Of a DNA stretch of 64,000 nucleotides, positions 47,054 to 55,222 are shown one piece after another. The DNA lies in NCBI GenBank assembly GCA_043802745.1, contig JAZDKU010000015.1:1358-65357 (forward strand), read 5' to 3'. This DNA comes from a bacterium. GTDB taxonomy: Bacteria; Patescibacteriota; Minisyncoccia; Minisyncoccales; CG1-02-41-26. The notes beneath the pieces were generated by a model. That model saw nothing but the letters and a program-made list of their open reading frames with translations. It was not told the origin of the DNA and did no database searches. Position 1 is the stretch's first letter; the number at the start of each line of letters is the position of its first letter. The position numbers and the translations under genes are program-made.

Positions 47054-47635
47054 TTATTCTAAAGAAGCATTGGTTACGCTCACTAATTCAAATTTATCTC
47101 CTGTTTTCTCAATTTCAAATAAAGCGCAATCGCGTAGCTCTTTTATTTCTCCCCATTTAAAAAACTCTCTAAACAAGCACCTAATTGGCCCGCCATGGCT
47201 AACCACAGCAATAACATCATAATTTCGGTTGGCAAGCTCTAAAAAAGCATTTGTGATTCTTTCTGTGAAATGTTCGTAGGTTTCTGCCCCCTCGATAGTA
47301 TTTTTATAGCTTTTTAACAGCTCCGCTTCTTGCGGATATTTTTCTCTTGCTTCGCTTTTTAACATGCCTGTCAAAATACCATAAGTGTTCCTTTCTCTTA
47401 TATTATTTATAACCTCTATCTCGCAACTTAAAGAATTTGTTAGTATTTCAGAAGTTTCCTTGGCTCTATTCAAAGAGCTTGAAAAAATTATCTCTATACT
47501 TTTCCCCTCCAGTTTACTGGCTAAGGTTTTGGCTTGCTCTGCTCCCTTCTCTGTCAAACTATCATTATAATCACCCCCATATCTATCTTCAACGTCTCCA
47601 ATTGTTTGGCCATGCCGGCATAAAAATATTCTCAT
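47054..47635 (-). CDS. Histidine phosphatase family protein
   Basis: RHGQT, SSSLNRAKET and VSHGG motifs. Confidence 0.9.
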   Translation of the reverse strand: MRIFLCRHGQTIGDVEDRYGGDYNDSLTEKGAEQAKTLASKLEGKSIEIIFSSSLNRAKETSEILTNSLSCEIEVINNIRERNTYGILTGMLKSEAREKYPQEAELLKSYKNTIEGAETYEHFTERITNAFLELANRNYDVIAVVSHGGPIRCLFREFFKWGEIKELRDCALFEIEKTGDKFELVSVTNASLE

Positions 47636-47639
47636 AAAT

Positions 47640-49292
47640 TTACATTTTAGTAGGGGATTCGATGCCTAGGATAGTTAGGCTGTTTTTTATTACGTAGCCA
47701 ACAGCGGACGTTAAGGCCAAGCGGAATTGTTTTTGTTCTTTGGTGTCTGCTTTTAAAATTGAAATTTCATTATAAAACAAATTAAAGCTTTGCGATAAGT
47801 CAAAAGCATAATTGCAAATAAGATTAGGTGAAAAAGTAACAACAGCCTGCTCAATTATTTCTTGAAAATGTAAAAGCTTTTTCAAGAGTATTTTCTCAAT
47901 TTCCTGCAAGCCACTAAAATCAATTTTGGTAATTTTGACAGTAGTCGGGCTACCGTTATATTTTTCCAAAACGCTTTGGGTACGAGCAAAAGCATATTGC
48001 AAATATGGCCCGGAATTGCCCTTTAAGTTTAAAATTTTATCCCAGTCAAAAACAATATCTCTTGAATGGTGCTGGCTTAAATCATTGTATTTAACCGCCC
48101 CAATGCCAACTTGTTTGGCTAGCTCTTTGTTTTTTTCACCAGAAAGATCTTCGGCTTTGTCGATAGCCTCTTGCAAAACATCTTCTAGGTGCACGGTATC
48201 GCCTCGCCGAGTTGAAAACTTGCCAGTCTTACTGCGCATCAAACCGTGGACAATATGCTCAAATTTCACATCTTGAATCCAACCAAGTAAATCAACTGTT
48301 TTAAATAACTGCTTAAAATAAAGCGACTGGTCAACTCCAACCTCGTAGGCAATAATATTGGGCTTCCATTTTTCTAATCTGTATTTAATAGTGGCCAAGT
48401 CTCTTAAAAAATAAGTAGTGGCACCATCGGATTTCATCAGCACCAAACCTGGAAAAACATTATTTTCAAATTCCACTACCCAAGCGCCCTCGCTCTGCTT
48501 TGTTAAATTTTTCTTTTTCATTTCTTCAAAAATACTTTGCATTTTATCTAAATAAAAACTTTCGCCCAAAGCATTATCAATTTTAACACCAAGCAAATTA
48601 TAAATTCTATCAAACTCTTTTAAAGAAATTTCCTTGCAAGCCTGCCAAATTTCTTTAGCTTTTTTATCACCGTCTTCTAATTTTTTAAACCAAGCCCGAG
48701 CCTCGTCATTCAGAGCTGGGTTTATTTCTGCCTCTTTATGAAACTCTACATAAAGCTGTTCTAATTTTTCTATATTTAACTCCCCAATTCTTAATTCTTG
48801 ATTCTTAATTCCTAATTCTATTTTATAAATCAGTTTCCCGAATTGTGTGCCCCAATCTCCCAAATGGTTATCGCCAATAGTTTTATAGCCCAAAAATTTA
48901 TATAAATTATAAATCGCTTGGCCAATAATCGTGGAGCGCAAGTGGCCAATGCCAAATGGCTTGGCAATATTTGGACCAGAATAATCAATAACAATAGTTT
49001 TGCCATGGCCGACTTGCGAGGAGCCGTATTTCTCTTTTTGTTTTAAAATCTGCTTTAAATTTTCCAAAAAATACTCTGGCTTTAAGAAAAAATTTATAAA
49101 CCCATTGACAACTTCTACTTTTTCGAATAAAGGGCTTGCTTTTAATTTATCAGCAATTTCTTGGCTGTTTAACTTTTCTTTAATTGCCACATTAGTAGAA
49201 AAATCTCCAAAACTAAAATTATCCGGCATATCCACCACCGCTTTTTTATTGATTGTCTTTTCAATTAAATTTTCTATCTCTTGTTTTAACAT
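47640..49292 (-). CDS. argS: Arginine--tRNA ligase
   Basis: DYSGPNIAKPFGIGHLRST, NHLGDWGTQFG and GNSGPYLQYA motifs. Confidence 0.97.
   Translation of the reverse strand: MLKQEIENLIEKTINKKAVVDMPDNFSFGDFSTNVAIKEKLNSQEIADKLKASPLFEKVEVVNGFINFFLKPEYFLENLKQILKQKEKYGSSQVGHGKTIVIDYSGPNIAKPFGIGHLRSTIIGQAIYNLYKFLGYKTIGDNHLGDWGTQFGKLIYKIELGIKNQELRIGELNIEKLEQLYVEFHKEAEINPALNDEARAWFKKLEDGDKKAKEIWQACKEISLKEFDRIYNLLGVKIDNALGESFYLDKMQSIFEEMKKKNLTKQSEGAWVVEFENNVFPGLVLMKSDGATTYFLRDLATIKYRLEKWKPNIIAYEVGVDQSLYFKQLFKTVDLLGWIQDVKFEHIVHGLMRSKTGKFSTRRGDTVHLEDVLQEAIDKAEDLSGEKNKELAKQVGIGAVKYNDLSQHHSRDIVFDWDKILNLKGNSGPYLQYAFARTQSVLEKYNGSPTTVKITKIDFSGLQEIEKILLKKLLHFQEIIEQAVVTFSPNLICNYAFDLSQSFNLFYNEISILKADTKEQKQFRLALTSAVGYVIKNSLTILGIESPTKM
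48786..48819. repeat. In-frame heptamer array in argS
   Basis: AATTCTT AATTCTT GATTCTT AATTCCT AATTCT encodes ELGIKNQELRI. Confidence 0.85.
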
Positions 49293-49355
49293 ACTTGTGC
49301 TGAGCTTGCCGAAGCATTCTTTATATTATCGTATTTTCTGCTAAAATCAAAGAAT

Positions 49356-49802
49356 ATGGAACAAACATTGGCAGAAAATAGAAAAGCGTTTTTTGACTAT
49401 GAAATAATAGAAAAGTATCAAGCAGGCATTATTTTAAACGGTCAAGAAGTGAAGTCGATTAAAAACGGACGAATTAGCTTGGCAGGAAGTTTTGTTGTTT
49501 TAAAAGATAACGAGGTTTTTTTATTAAACGCTGATGTGCCACCTTACCAGCCAAACAATATCTATGGAGAATACGAAGCAAAACGCTCTCGCAAACTGCT
49601 TTTGCAAAAATCAGAAATAAATGAACTTGTTGGCAAAACCAAGCAAAAAGGGTTGACTATGGTGCCCCTAAAAGTGTATAATCACAAGGGTAAAGTAAAG
49701 ATAGAGTTTGCCCTATGTAAGGGCAAGCGCAAAGCCGACAAGCGAGAAAAAATAAAGACCAGGGAAGCTGATAGAGAAATACAAAGAGTGTTAAAATATT
49801 AA
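49356..49802 (+). CDS. smpB: SsrA-binding protein
   Basis: ENRKAFFDYEI, GQEVKSIK, RKLLL and DKREKIK motifs. Confidence 0.96.
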   Translation: MEQTLAENRKAFFDYEIIEKYQAGIILNGQEVKSIKNGRISLAGSFVVLKDNEVFLLNADVPPYQPNNIYGEYEAKRSRKLLLQKSEINELVGKTKQKGLTMVPLKVYNHKGKVKIEFALCKGKRKADKREKIKTREADREIQRVLKY

Positions 49803-49806
49803 GAGT

Positions 49807-50058
49807 ATGTTTTACACTTATGTAATAAAAAGTAAAAAAGATAGTAAATTATATGTTGGGCATACAAACGACTTAGTAGCGAGAATAAAAGAACATAATA
49901 ATGGATTTGTTAAGTCAACGAAATCGAGAAAACCTTTCAAGCTACTTTACTATGAAGCTTGTAATATTTTAGAGGACGCAATAAAAAGAGAAAAATCATT
50001 AAAAACTGGATTTGGAAGAAGATATCTTAAACAAAGATTAAGTGATATAAATGTTTAA
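49807..50058 (+). CDS. Small GIY-YIG nuclease
   Basis: FYTYVI..LYVGHTNDL..R..EHN..AIKREKSLK. Confidence 0.9.
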   Translation: MFYTYVIKSKKDSKLYVGHTNDLVARIKEHNNGFVKSTKSRKPFKLLYYEACNILEDAIKREKSLKTGFGRRYLKQRLSDINV

Positions 50059-50108
50059 GCTTCGCCCATAGCATTTCGCTTGAAAAAAGCTACCTCGTCG
50101 TAAGCGGG

Positions 50109-50160
50109 CCCGCCCGCATCGCTACGCGAGCAAGCTCGCTTGCGAAGCGTTGCGGGCGGG
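50109..50160. mobile_element. REP-like palindrome at the tmRNA 5' end
   Basis: CCCGCCCGCA...TGCGGGCGGG arms. GCGGG is duplicated at 50104-50108 and 50156-50160. Confidence 0.75.
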
Positions 50161-50520
50161 GATGACAGCTTTGACAATTATGGCTTATTTAATAAGCAAG
50201 CCGAGCTCCAAAATCTCGCAAAACTTTTGGAAAACCATAAGTGCTACATACACCTATGAACCAGCTTACGCATTAGCATAAGCCTGTCTAGCCTTTAAGG
50301 CTGGGCCATCTCGCCTGTTGATTCCTAATAAACAGGACGGGGTGACAAATTATTAGGATTGGCAAATAGCCCTCCCAAACTATTTGCTGAAAAATTTGGG
50401 ATCGAAGCTTAAAATTTTTGTTATTTTTATATTTTGGGCTTTTAAACTTTTAAAATAACTAAGCTTGTAGTATTGTTAAGTAAATCGTTTTTGGACGAGA
50501 GTTCAATCTCTCCATCTCCA
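50158..50520 (+). ncRNA. ssrA: tmRNA, tag peptide (A)ATYTYEPAYALA* at 50243-50281
   Basis: GGGGATG/CATCTCC-A acceptor stem with G3-U70, T-arm GAGAGTTCAATCTCTC, Ala-rich tag ORF, smpB nearby. Confidence 0.92.
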
Positions 50521-50620
50521 CCCCGTTAGAAACTGCTATTTATTTATAACAGTTTGTAAAAATAGAAAAATTAAGCAACTCCGAAACGAAACTAGAAATC
50601 CATACAGTTTCTAACGGGGT
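50520..50620. mobile_element. 101-bp MITE-like element at the tmRNA 3' end
   Basis: Perfect 16-bp inverted repeats ACCCCGTTAGAAACTG/CAGTTTCTAACGGGGT. TCCACC is repeated at both junctions. Confidence 0.8.
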
Positions 50621-50637
50621 CCACCACAATAAATTTC

Positions 50638-51150
50638 TTGCAAAAAAGAATTTTAATCAACAATCAAATAAAAGCTCCTAATGTTCGTTTGATTAACGAA
50701 AAAGGAGAAATGCTTGGCATTGTTACCTTGCAGCAGGCATTAATAAAAGCCCATGAGGCAAATCTGGATTTAATAGAAATATCGGAAAAAACTGTTCCGC
50801 CAATTTGCAAAATTTCTGATTATGGAAAATTTTCCTATCAGCAAGGCAAAAAAGAAAAAAAAATGAGCAAGGGCCAAAAAGCTGGGGAGATAAAGGGCAT
50901 AAGGCTAAGCTTTGCCATTTCACCCCATGATATAGAAACAAGATCAAAAGCTGTTGAAAAATTTTTAAAAACCGGGTATAAAGTAAGAGTTGAAATGGTG
51001 CTACGGGGCAGAGAAAAGGGCTTGGCTGAATTTGCCAAACAAAAATTATTAAAATTTTTAGATGTTCTTCGGGCCACCACTCCTATTAAAATTGAAAGGG
51101 AGTTAAAGATGGAGGCAAGAGGATGGACGATGATTATTACAAAACTATGA
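50638..51150 (+). CDS. infC: Translation initiation factor IF-3 (TTG start)
   Basis: INNQI..VRLI, DLIEIS, DYGKF and LRGRE motifs. Confidence 0.95.
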   Translation: MQKRILINNQIKAPNVRLINEKGEMLGIVTLQQALIKAHEANLDLIEISEKTVPPICKISDYGKFSYQQGKKEKKMSKGQKAGEIKGIRLSFAISPHDIETRSKAVEKFLKTGYKVRVEMVLRGREKGLAEFAKQKLLKFLDVLRATTPIKIERELKMEARGWTMIITKL

Positions 51151-51338
51151 AAACAAGAAAGGCCTTGATGAAGAGGTTTAAAATTACGAAAAACGGAAAG
51201 GTTTTAAGAAAGGTTGGTGGACAAAATCACTACCGAGCTAAAAAAACCGGCAAACAAATTCGCCAAAAGCGAAACTGGATTGCGTTGCACCCAAGTATTG
51301 TGAAAAGAATAAAGAAGGCCGGGCTTAAATTAAGATAA
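51147..51338 (+). CDS. rpmI: 50S ribosomal protein L35
   Basis: [23 protein letters not shown] overlap with infC. Confidence 0.93.
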   Translation: MKTRKALMKRFKITKNGKVLRKVGGQNHYRAKKTGKQIRQKRNWIALHPSIVKRIKKAGLKLR

Positions 51339-51342
51339 ATTT

Positions 51343-51690
51343 ATGGTAAGAATAAAAAGAGGAACAATCGCCCATAAGCGCAGACGACATTTGTTGGAAA
51401 ATACAAAGGGTTTTAAATGGGGTAGAAAATCAAAATTCAGCCAGGCCAAACAAGCCATGCAAAAGGCCTGGACTTATGCCTATCGAGATAGAAAGAAAAA
51501 CAAATCCAACCGCCGGGCTTTGTGGCAAATAAACATTAACGCAGCTGTTAGGCATTTTGGCCTTTCATACAGCAAGTTTATTGCTGGCCTAAAAAAGAAT
51601 GGCATTGAGCTTGATAGAAAGGTTTTAGCCCAACTAGCCAAAGACCAACCTGAAATTTTTGAAAAAATCGTTGAGAAAGCTAAATCCTAG
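51343..51690 (+). CDS. rplT: 50S ribosomal protein L20
   Basis: MVRIKRG, AYRDRK and LDRKVLA motifs. Confidence 0.96.
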   Translation: MVRIKRGTIAHKRRRHLLENTKGFKWGRKSKFSQAKQAMQKAWTYAYRDRKKNKSNRRALWQININAAVRHFGLSYSKFIAGLKKNGIELDRKVLAQLAKDQPEIFEKIVEKAKS

Positions 51691-51782
51691 ATTTACGATT
51701 CAAGATTCATGATTCAAGAATAGAAAATTATAATTAAAAGCTCCCCGGCCCATCCGCCAACTGGCGGAGCCAGGGAGTTTTA
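51690..51782 (+). terminator. Heptamer array plus terminator hairpin containing an inner TCCGCCAACTGGCGGA palindrome
   Basis: (GATTCAW)n at 51697-51719. AAAAGCTCCCCGGC..GCCAGGGAGTTTTT with a 16-bp palindrome at 51753-51768. Confidence 0.7.
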
Positions 51783-51822
51783 GTTTAAGTTATTTAGTAA
51801 ATTTAAAAGTTGCCAAAATTTA

Positions 51823-52758
51823 TTATTGAAATGGCATCGTAAATTTAAAAGAATCGACCATACTTTGAAAAACTTTTTTCGCTTGCGTGCCGTTATAGGT
51901 TATACAAAACAATAAATATTTATTGCCATCAAAAAAGCAATAACCTCCGTCTGGCCCGCCTAAATCAGCCCAGCCCCCTATTTTCACCGCATCAAAGCCA
52001 GCCACAGCGTAGTCACGGGTTATCTGTATGCCGCCGAGATATTTTACAGCGTCTGATAGTGAAGAAGTGGCGTTTAATGTCCTTATATAATATCCAGAAA
52101 CGACAATAGTATTTTCCAAGCTATCGCTTGGAGTAAAAATGGTTTTATAAGATGATATTTGAGCGCTTGGATCATCGACTCTGTTAATATCATACAGCCT
52201 CCAAGTAGTGGGAAAATTAATGCTAAAATTATAGTTTTTGTTATCATACGCTAACCAGCCCTCAGAGTACTTGCTGGTGGTGTATGTTGTACAATCTTTC
52301 GGGCAATTGCACTGATTTTCGCCCTTGCCACAGACCCCATTACCACAAGCCGCACAAGTATTTTTCACTGGATCCATCGCCAAACTACTCAAGAAGTCTG
52401 GTAGACAACTATAACTAATTGAACCATCTGCATTTTTCCATATATCATAACCAGATACGATTAAATTTAACCCTGAACAGCAAATAGAACCGTCTTTCCA
52501 TCTCTCTCCCTCTTTTACGCAATTGCCTTGGCTTACGGCGTTATCGGATTGATCATTTTTTTGAAGCATTTGTTTCTGCAACGAAGTTATTTGCTGTTGC
52601 AAAGAATCGGCTATTTGATTGGCAGTATTCCTTTGCCACAATAAAACACCAACTAATGCGATTACTAAAACTAACAAGATAACTGGCCAAAGGGGCTTGA
52701 TGCTTTTTTGGCTTAGCTGTTGAGCCGAACTTGGCTGACTAAAATTTTGTTGGTCCAT
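51823..52758 (-). CDS. Membrane-anchored extracellular protein with Cys-rich module and PsbP-like C-terminus
   Basis: TM helix, coiled coil, CGNGVCGKGENQCNCPKDC, W..YDNKNYNFSINFPTTW. Start set at MDQQ. Confidence 0.7.
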   Translation of the reverse strand: MDQQNFSQPSSAQQLSQKSIKPLWPVILLVLVIALVGVLLWQRNTANQIADSLQQQITSLQKQMLQKNDQSDNAVSQGNCVKEGERWKDGSICCSGLNLIVSGYDIWKNADGSISYSCLPDFLSSLAMDPVKNTCAACGNGVCGKGENQCNCPKDCTTYTTSKYSEGWLAYDNKNYNFSINFPTTWRLYDINRVDDPSAQISSYKTIFTPSDSLENTIVVSGYYIRTLNATSSLSDAVKYLGGIQITRDYAVAGFDAVKIGGWADLGGPDGGYCFFDGNKYLLFCITYNGTQAKKVFQSMVDSFKFTMPFQ

Positions 52759-52774
52759 ATGATTTGATTGCTTG

Positions 52775-53563
52775 TTAAAACGCCCTAAAAGAAAGAAGAA
52801 TTTTTTGCAATAATTTATCAGCATCAATATCAGAAATCGCATTTGGGCCTGTTGGGTCAGTCCGTAAGTAGCCTAAATAAAAATTATTATTATTCATTGT
52901 TGGCATACTAAAGCATGCGTAACGGATTCCGTCCGAACATCGGTCTAACAATGGCTTCGGATGAGATCTTTTATACTCAGAGGCACATTGATCATCTTGC
53001 CTAATAGCAGAAGTAATTTTTGAGCCATCGCCATTAATTTTATAATCTATATTACAGTATTCCATGCCAAATCCTAAGGGATTAGCATACAAAACAAATT
53101 TTATTTGGCTTGTTGGAAAAGAGTTATTAAAAAATTCTATATTTTGAAACGCAATAGTATCTTGCGTGGTTGTTGGCAGGGTATTCTTTATACCCCACTG
53201 CTCGGGGTAACTTATTTCAAAACCGTAAGCTTCATTTCTGTAAGTCTGGGTAAGGGGATACTTTTCCTCCTTGTCTTGCACGGTAATCTTGATTTCTTTG
53301 CTTTTAATGAGAGTACTTACCTGATTCGCAACGTAAGCAATTTTTCCTTGGAGTTTGCTAATTATTGAACCAGATGACTTATTTTGCCAAAAGTAAACTC
53401 CTCCCCCAACAATTATAGCTGTAAAAATCATTAGCATCACCACCCAAAATGGTCGCACACCTGTTCTGTTTGGTTCGGAATTTATAATAACATTCGGCTG
53501 TTCTTCTTCTAGATGCTCCGCATCTAATTGATCAGTAAATTGATTTTCAAACCTTTGTCCCAT
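52775..53563 (-). CDS. Membrane-anchored extracellular protein, PsbP-like
   Basis: IVGGGVYFWQ TM, TYRNEAYGFEISYP and KILLSFRAF end, paralog-like to the neighbouring gene. Confidence 0.7.
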   Translation of the reverse strand: MGQRFENQFTDQLDAEHLEEEQPNVIINSEPNRTGVRPFWVVMLMIFTAIIVGGGVYFWQNKSSGSIISKLQGKIAYVANQVSTLIKSKEIKITVQDKEEKYPLTQTYRNEAYGFEISYPEQWGIKNTLPTTTQDTIAFQNIEFFNNSFPTSQIKFVLYANPLGFGMEYCNIDYKINGDGSKITSAIRQDDQCASEYKRSHPKPLLDRCSDGIRYACFSMPTMNNNNFYLGYLRTDPTGPNAISDIDADKLLQKILLSFRAF

Positions 53564-53568
53564 ATGAT

Positions 53569-54576
53569 TTATTCCACTACCAGCTCTGGCTGGTAGTATT
53601 TATTTAATCTTACTTTTTCTAACACAACATTGTCAATTTTTTTATTTTTTATTTCTACTCGCAAAAGCCCGCCTTCCATTGTTTCTTTAGAAAAATACTG
53701 GTCAAAAACAAAATTGCCCAAAGAATAAGCAATCCAACCATTATTATATTTTTCTAATGGCTCAACCACATGCGGATGATGACCAATTATTAAATCCGCT
53801 CCTGAATCAATGGCCATTTTACCAAACTCTTTTTGAAAAGCGTTAGACAATGGCTGATATTCTGTTCCTGCGTGAATTGAAACAGCCAAAATATCAACCT
53901 GCTTTTTACTTTGGCTAATTATCTCTTTTATTTTAGAAAAATCTTCACCAACCCAAGCCATGCCAATTTTGCCGTCCCCAACTTTCCAGCTATTTGGGCT
54001 AAAATTTTCAAACCCTAAAAAACCAACTTTAGTTCCTTGAATTTCTTTTATTCTCAAACTAAATGCTTCCTGCTCGTTTAGCCCTGCCCCAACATAGTCA
54101 ATGCCAGCTTTTTGCAAATTAGCCATTGTATCAGCTAGAGCCACAGCTTGATAATCAAACATATGATTATTAGCAATTGACAAAATATCAAAGCCAGCAT
54201 TTTTTAAAGCCAAAGTTGAAGTTGGAGAAAATCGAAAAGAATAAATACTGCCAACCTTAATACCACGGCTTGAAATTGGCCCCTCTAAATTGCCAAAAAG
54301 AATATCAGCCTGACTTAAATAATCTTTTATATTAGCAAAAGCAAAGTTAAAATCACCTTTACCATATTTATCAATCATATACTTAACAGCCCTCTCAAGC
54401 ATAATATCCCCCACAGCCATTAAAATAATCGGCTGGGTATCTTTTGCGAGGCCAGCGGGACTAATATTTGCAGACAAAATAGAAACTTCTGATTTTTTTG
54501 CATAAATAAAAAAACCAGCCACCAAAAAACACGCTCCAAATAGAATCCAAAATATTAGGGCTAAAAATCTTTTCAT
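53569..54576 (-). CDS. CapA (PGA_cap) family metallophosphoesterase-fold protein
   Basis: VGDIML, GNLEGP, ANNHMFD, HAGTEY, GHHPHV and YSLGNFVFDQ motifs. Confidence 0.92.
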   Translation of the reverse strand: MKRFLALIFWILFGACFLVAGFFIYAKKSEVSILSANISPAGLAKDTQPIILMAVGDIMLERAVKYMIDKYGKGDFNFAFANIKDYLSQADILFGNLEGPISSRGIKVGSIYSFRFSPTSTLALKNAGFDILSIANNHMFDYQAVALADTMANLQKAGIDYVGAGLNEQEAFSLRIKEIQGTKVGFLGFENFSPNSWKVGDGKIGMAWVGEDFSKIKEIISQSKKQVDILAVSIHAGTEYQPLSNAFQKEFGKMAIDSGADLIIGHHPHVVEPLEKYNNGWIAYSLGNFVFDQYFSKETMEGGLLRVEIKNKKIDNVVLEKVRLNKYYQPELVVE

Positions 54577-54728
54577 TAAAACACTTTAGAAGAAATAAAC
54601 CACATAAGCAATATGCCCCCAATACCAATAAGCACCCAAGTCAAGCTAATCTTTTGAGGTGGCTCTACTGGAATTGGCGTTTGCTCTTGAGTGGGCGGTT
54701 GATTTGTGTTTTGTTCTGCTGTTACCAT
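54576..54728 (-). CDS. Small (50 aa) single-TM protein
   Basis: Not in ORF track. MVTAEQNTNQPPTQEQTPIPVEPPQKISLTWVLIGIGGILLMWFISSKVF*, with start and stop overlapping both neighbours. Confidence 0.7.
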   Translation of the reverse strand: MVTAEQNTNQPPTQEQTPIPVEPPQKISLTWVLIGIGGILLMWFISSKVF

Positions 54729-55222
54729 AAAAATGATTTTAAAATAGAAATAAATGCCTTAGCAAATAAGAAAATGGCTAAGCCAATGGAGGCCCAAATA
54801 ATTATTTGCTTGCCTTTGGTTGACCTTTTTGAGTCCCCGGCCGCCGTGAGCATATAAAACGCGCCAAGTAAAATCATCAAAGGCGCCACCACCAAGGCTA
54901 TAACCAATGCCCAATTTGAAACTTTATTAACAAGGTCTTTAATTTCTTTATTAGAAGAAAAAGAACAATAAGTAATTTTATTAGGATCTTTGCATTGACC
55001 ATAGTCACCCGAAAAGATCGGCTTGTCATCCGTGCCACCTTGTTTGCATGGATTATCACCATCGCTTTTGGACCCCACACAATCAGCACCACTTATGCAG
55101 TTAGTTTTTACACAACAAGGATAGCAAATCCCCTGATTTCCAGCTTTGGCAAAATTAGACCAAAAGCTAAAAACTAAAACTGCTAATAAAATTACTGAAT
55201 AAAATTTTAGTACTTTTTTCAT
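54722..55222 (-). CDS. VirB2/TrbC-like (CPR-type) pilin with Cys-rich N-terminus
   Basis: Signal peptide, Cys cluster, then LMILLGAFYMLTAAGDSKRSTKGKQIIIWASIGLAI. Confidence 0.8.
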   Translation of the reverse strand: MKKVLKFYSVILLAVLVFSFWSNFAKAGNQGICYPCCVKTNCISGADCVGSKSDGDNPCKQGGTDDKPIFSGDYGQCKDPNKITYCSFSSNKEIKDLVNKVSNWALVIALVVAPLMILLGAFYMLTAAGDSKRSTKGKQIIIWASIGLAIFLFAKAFISILKSFLW

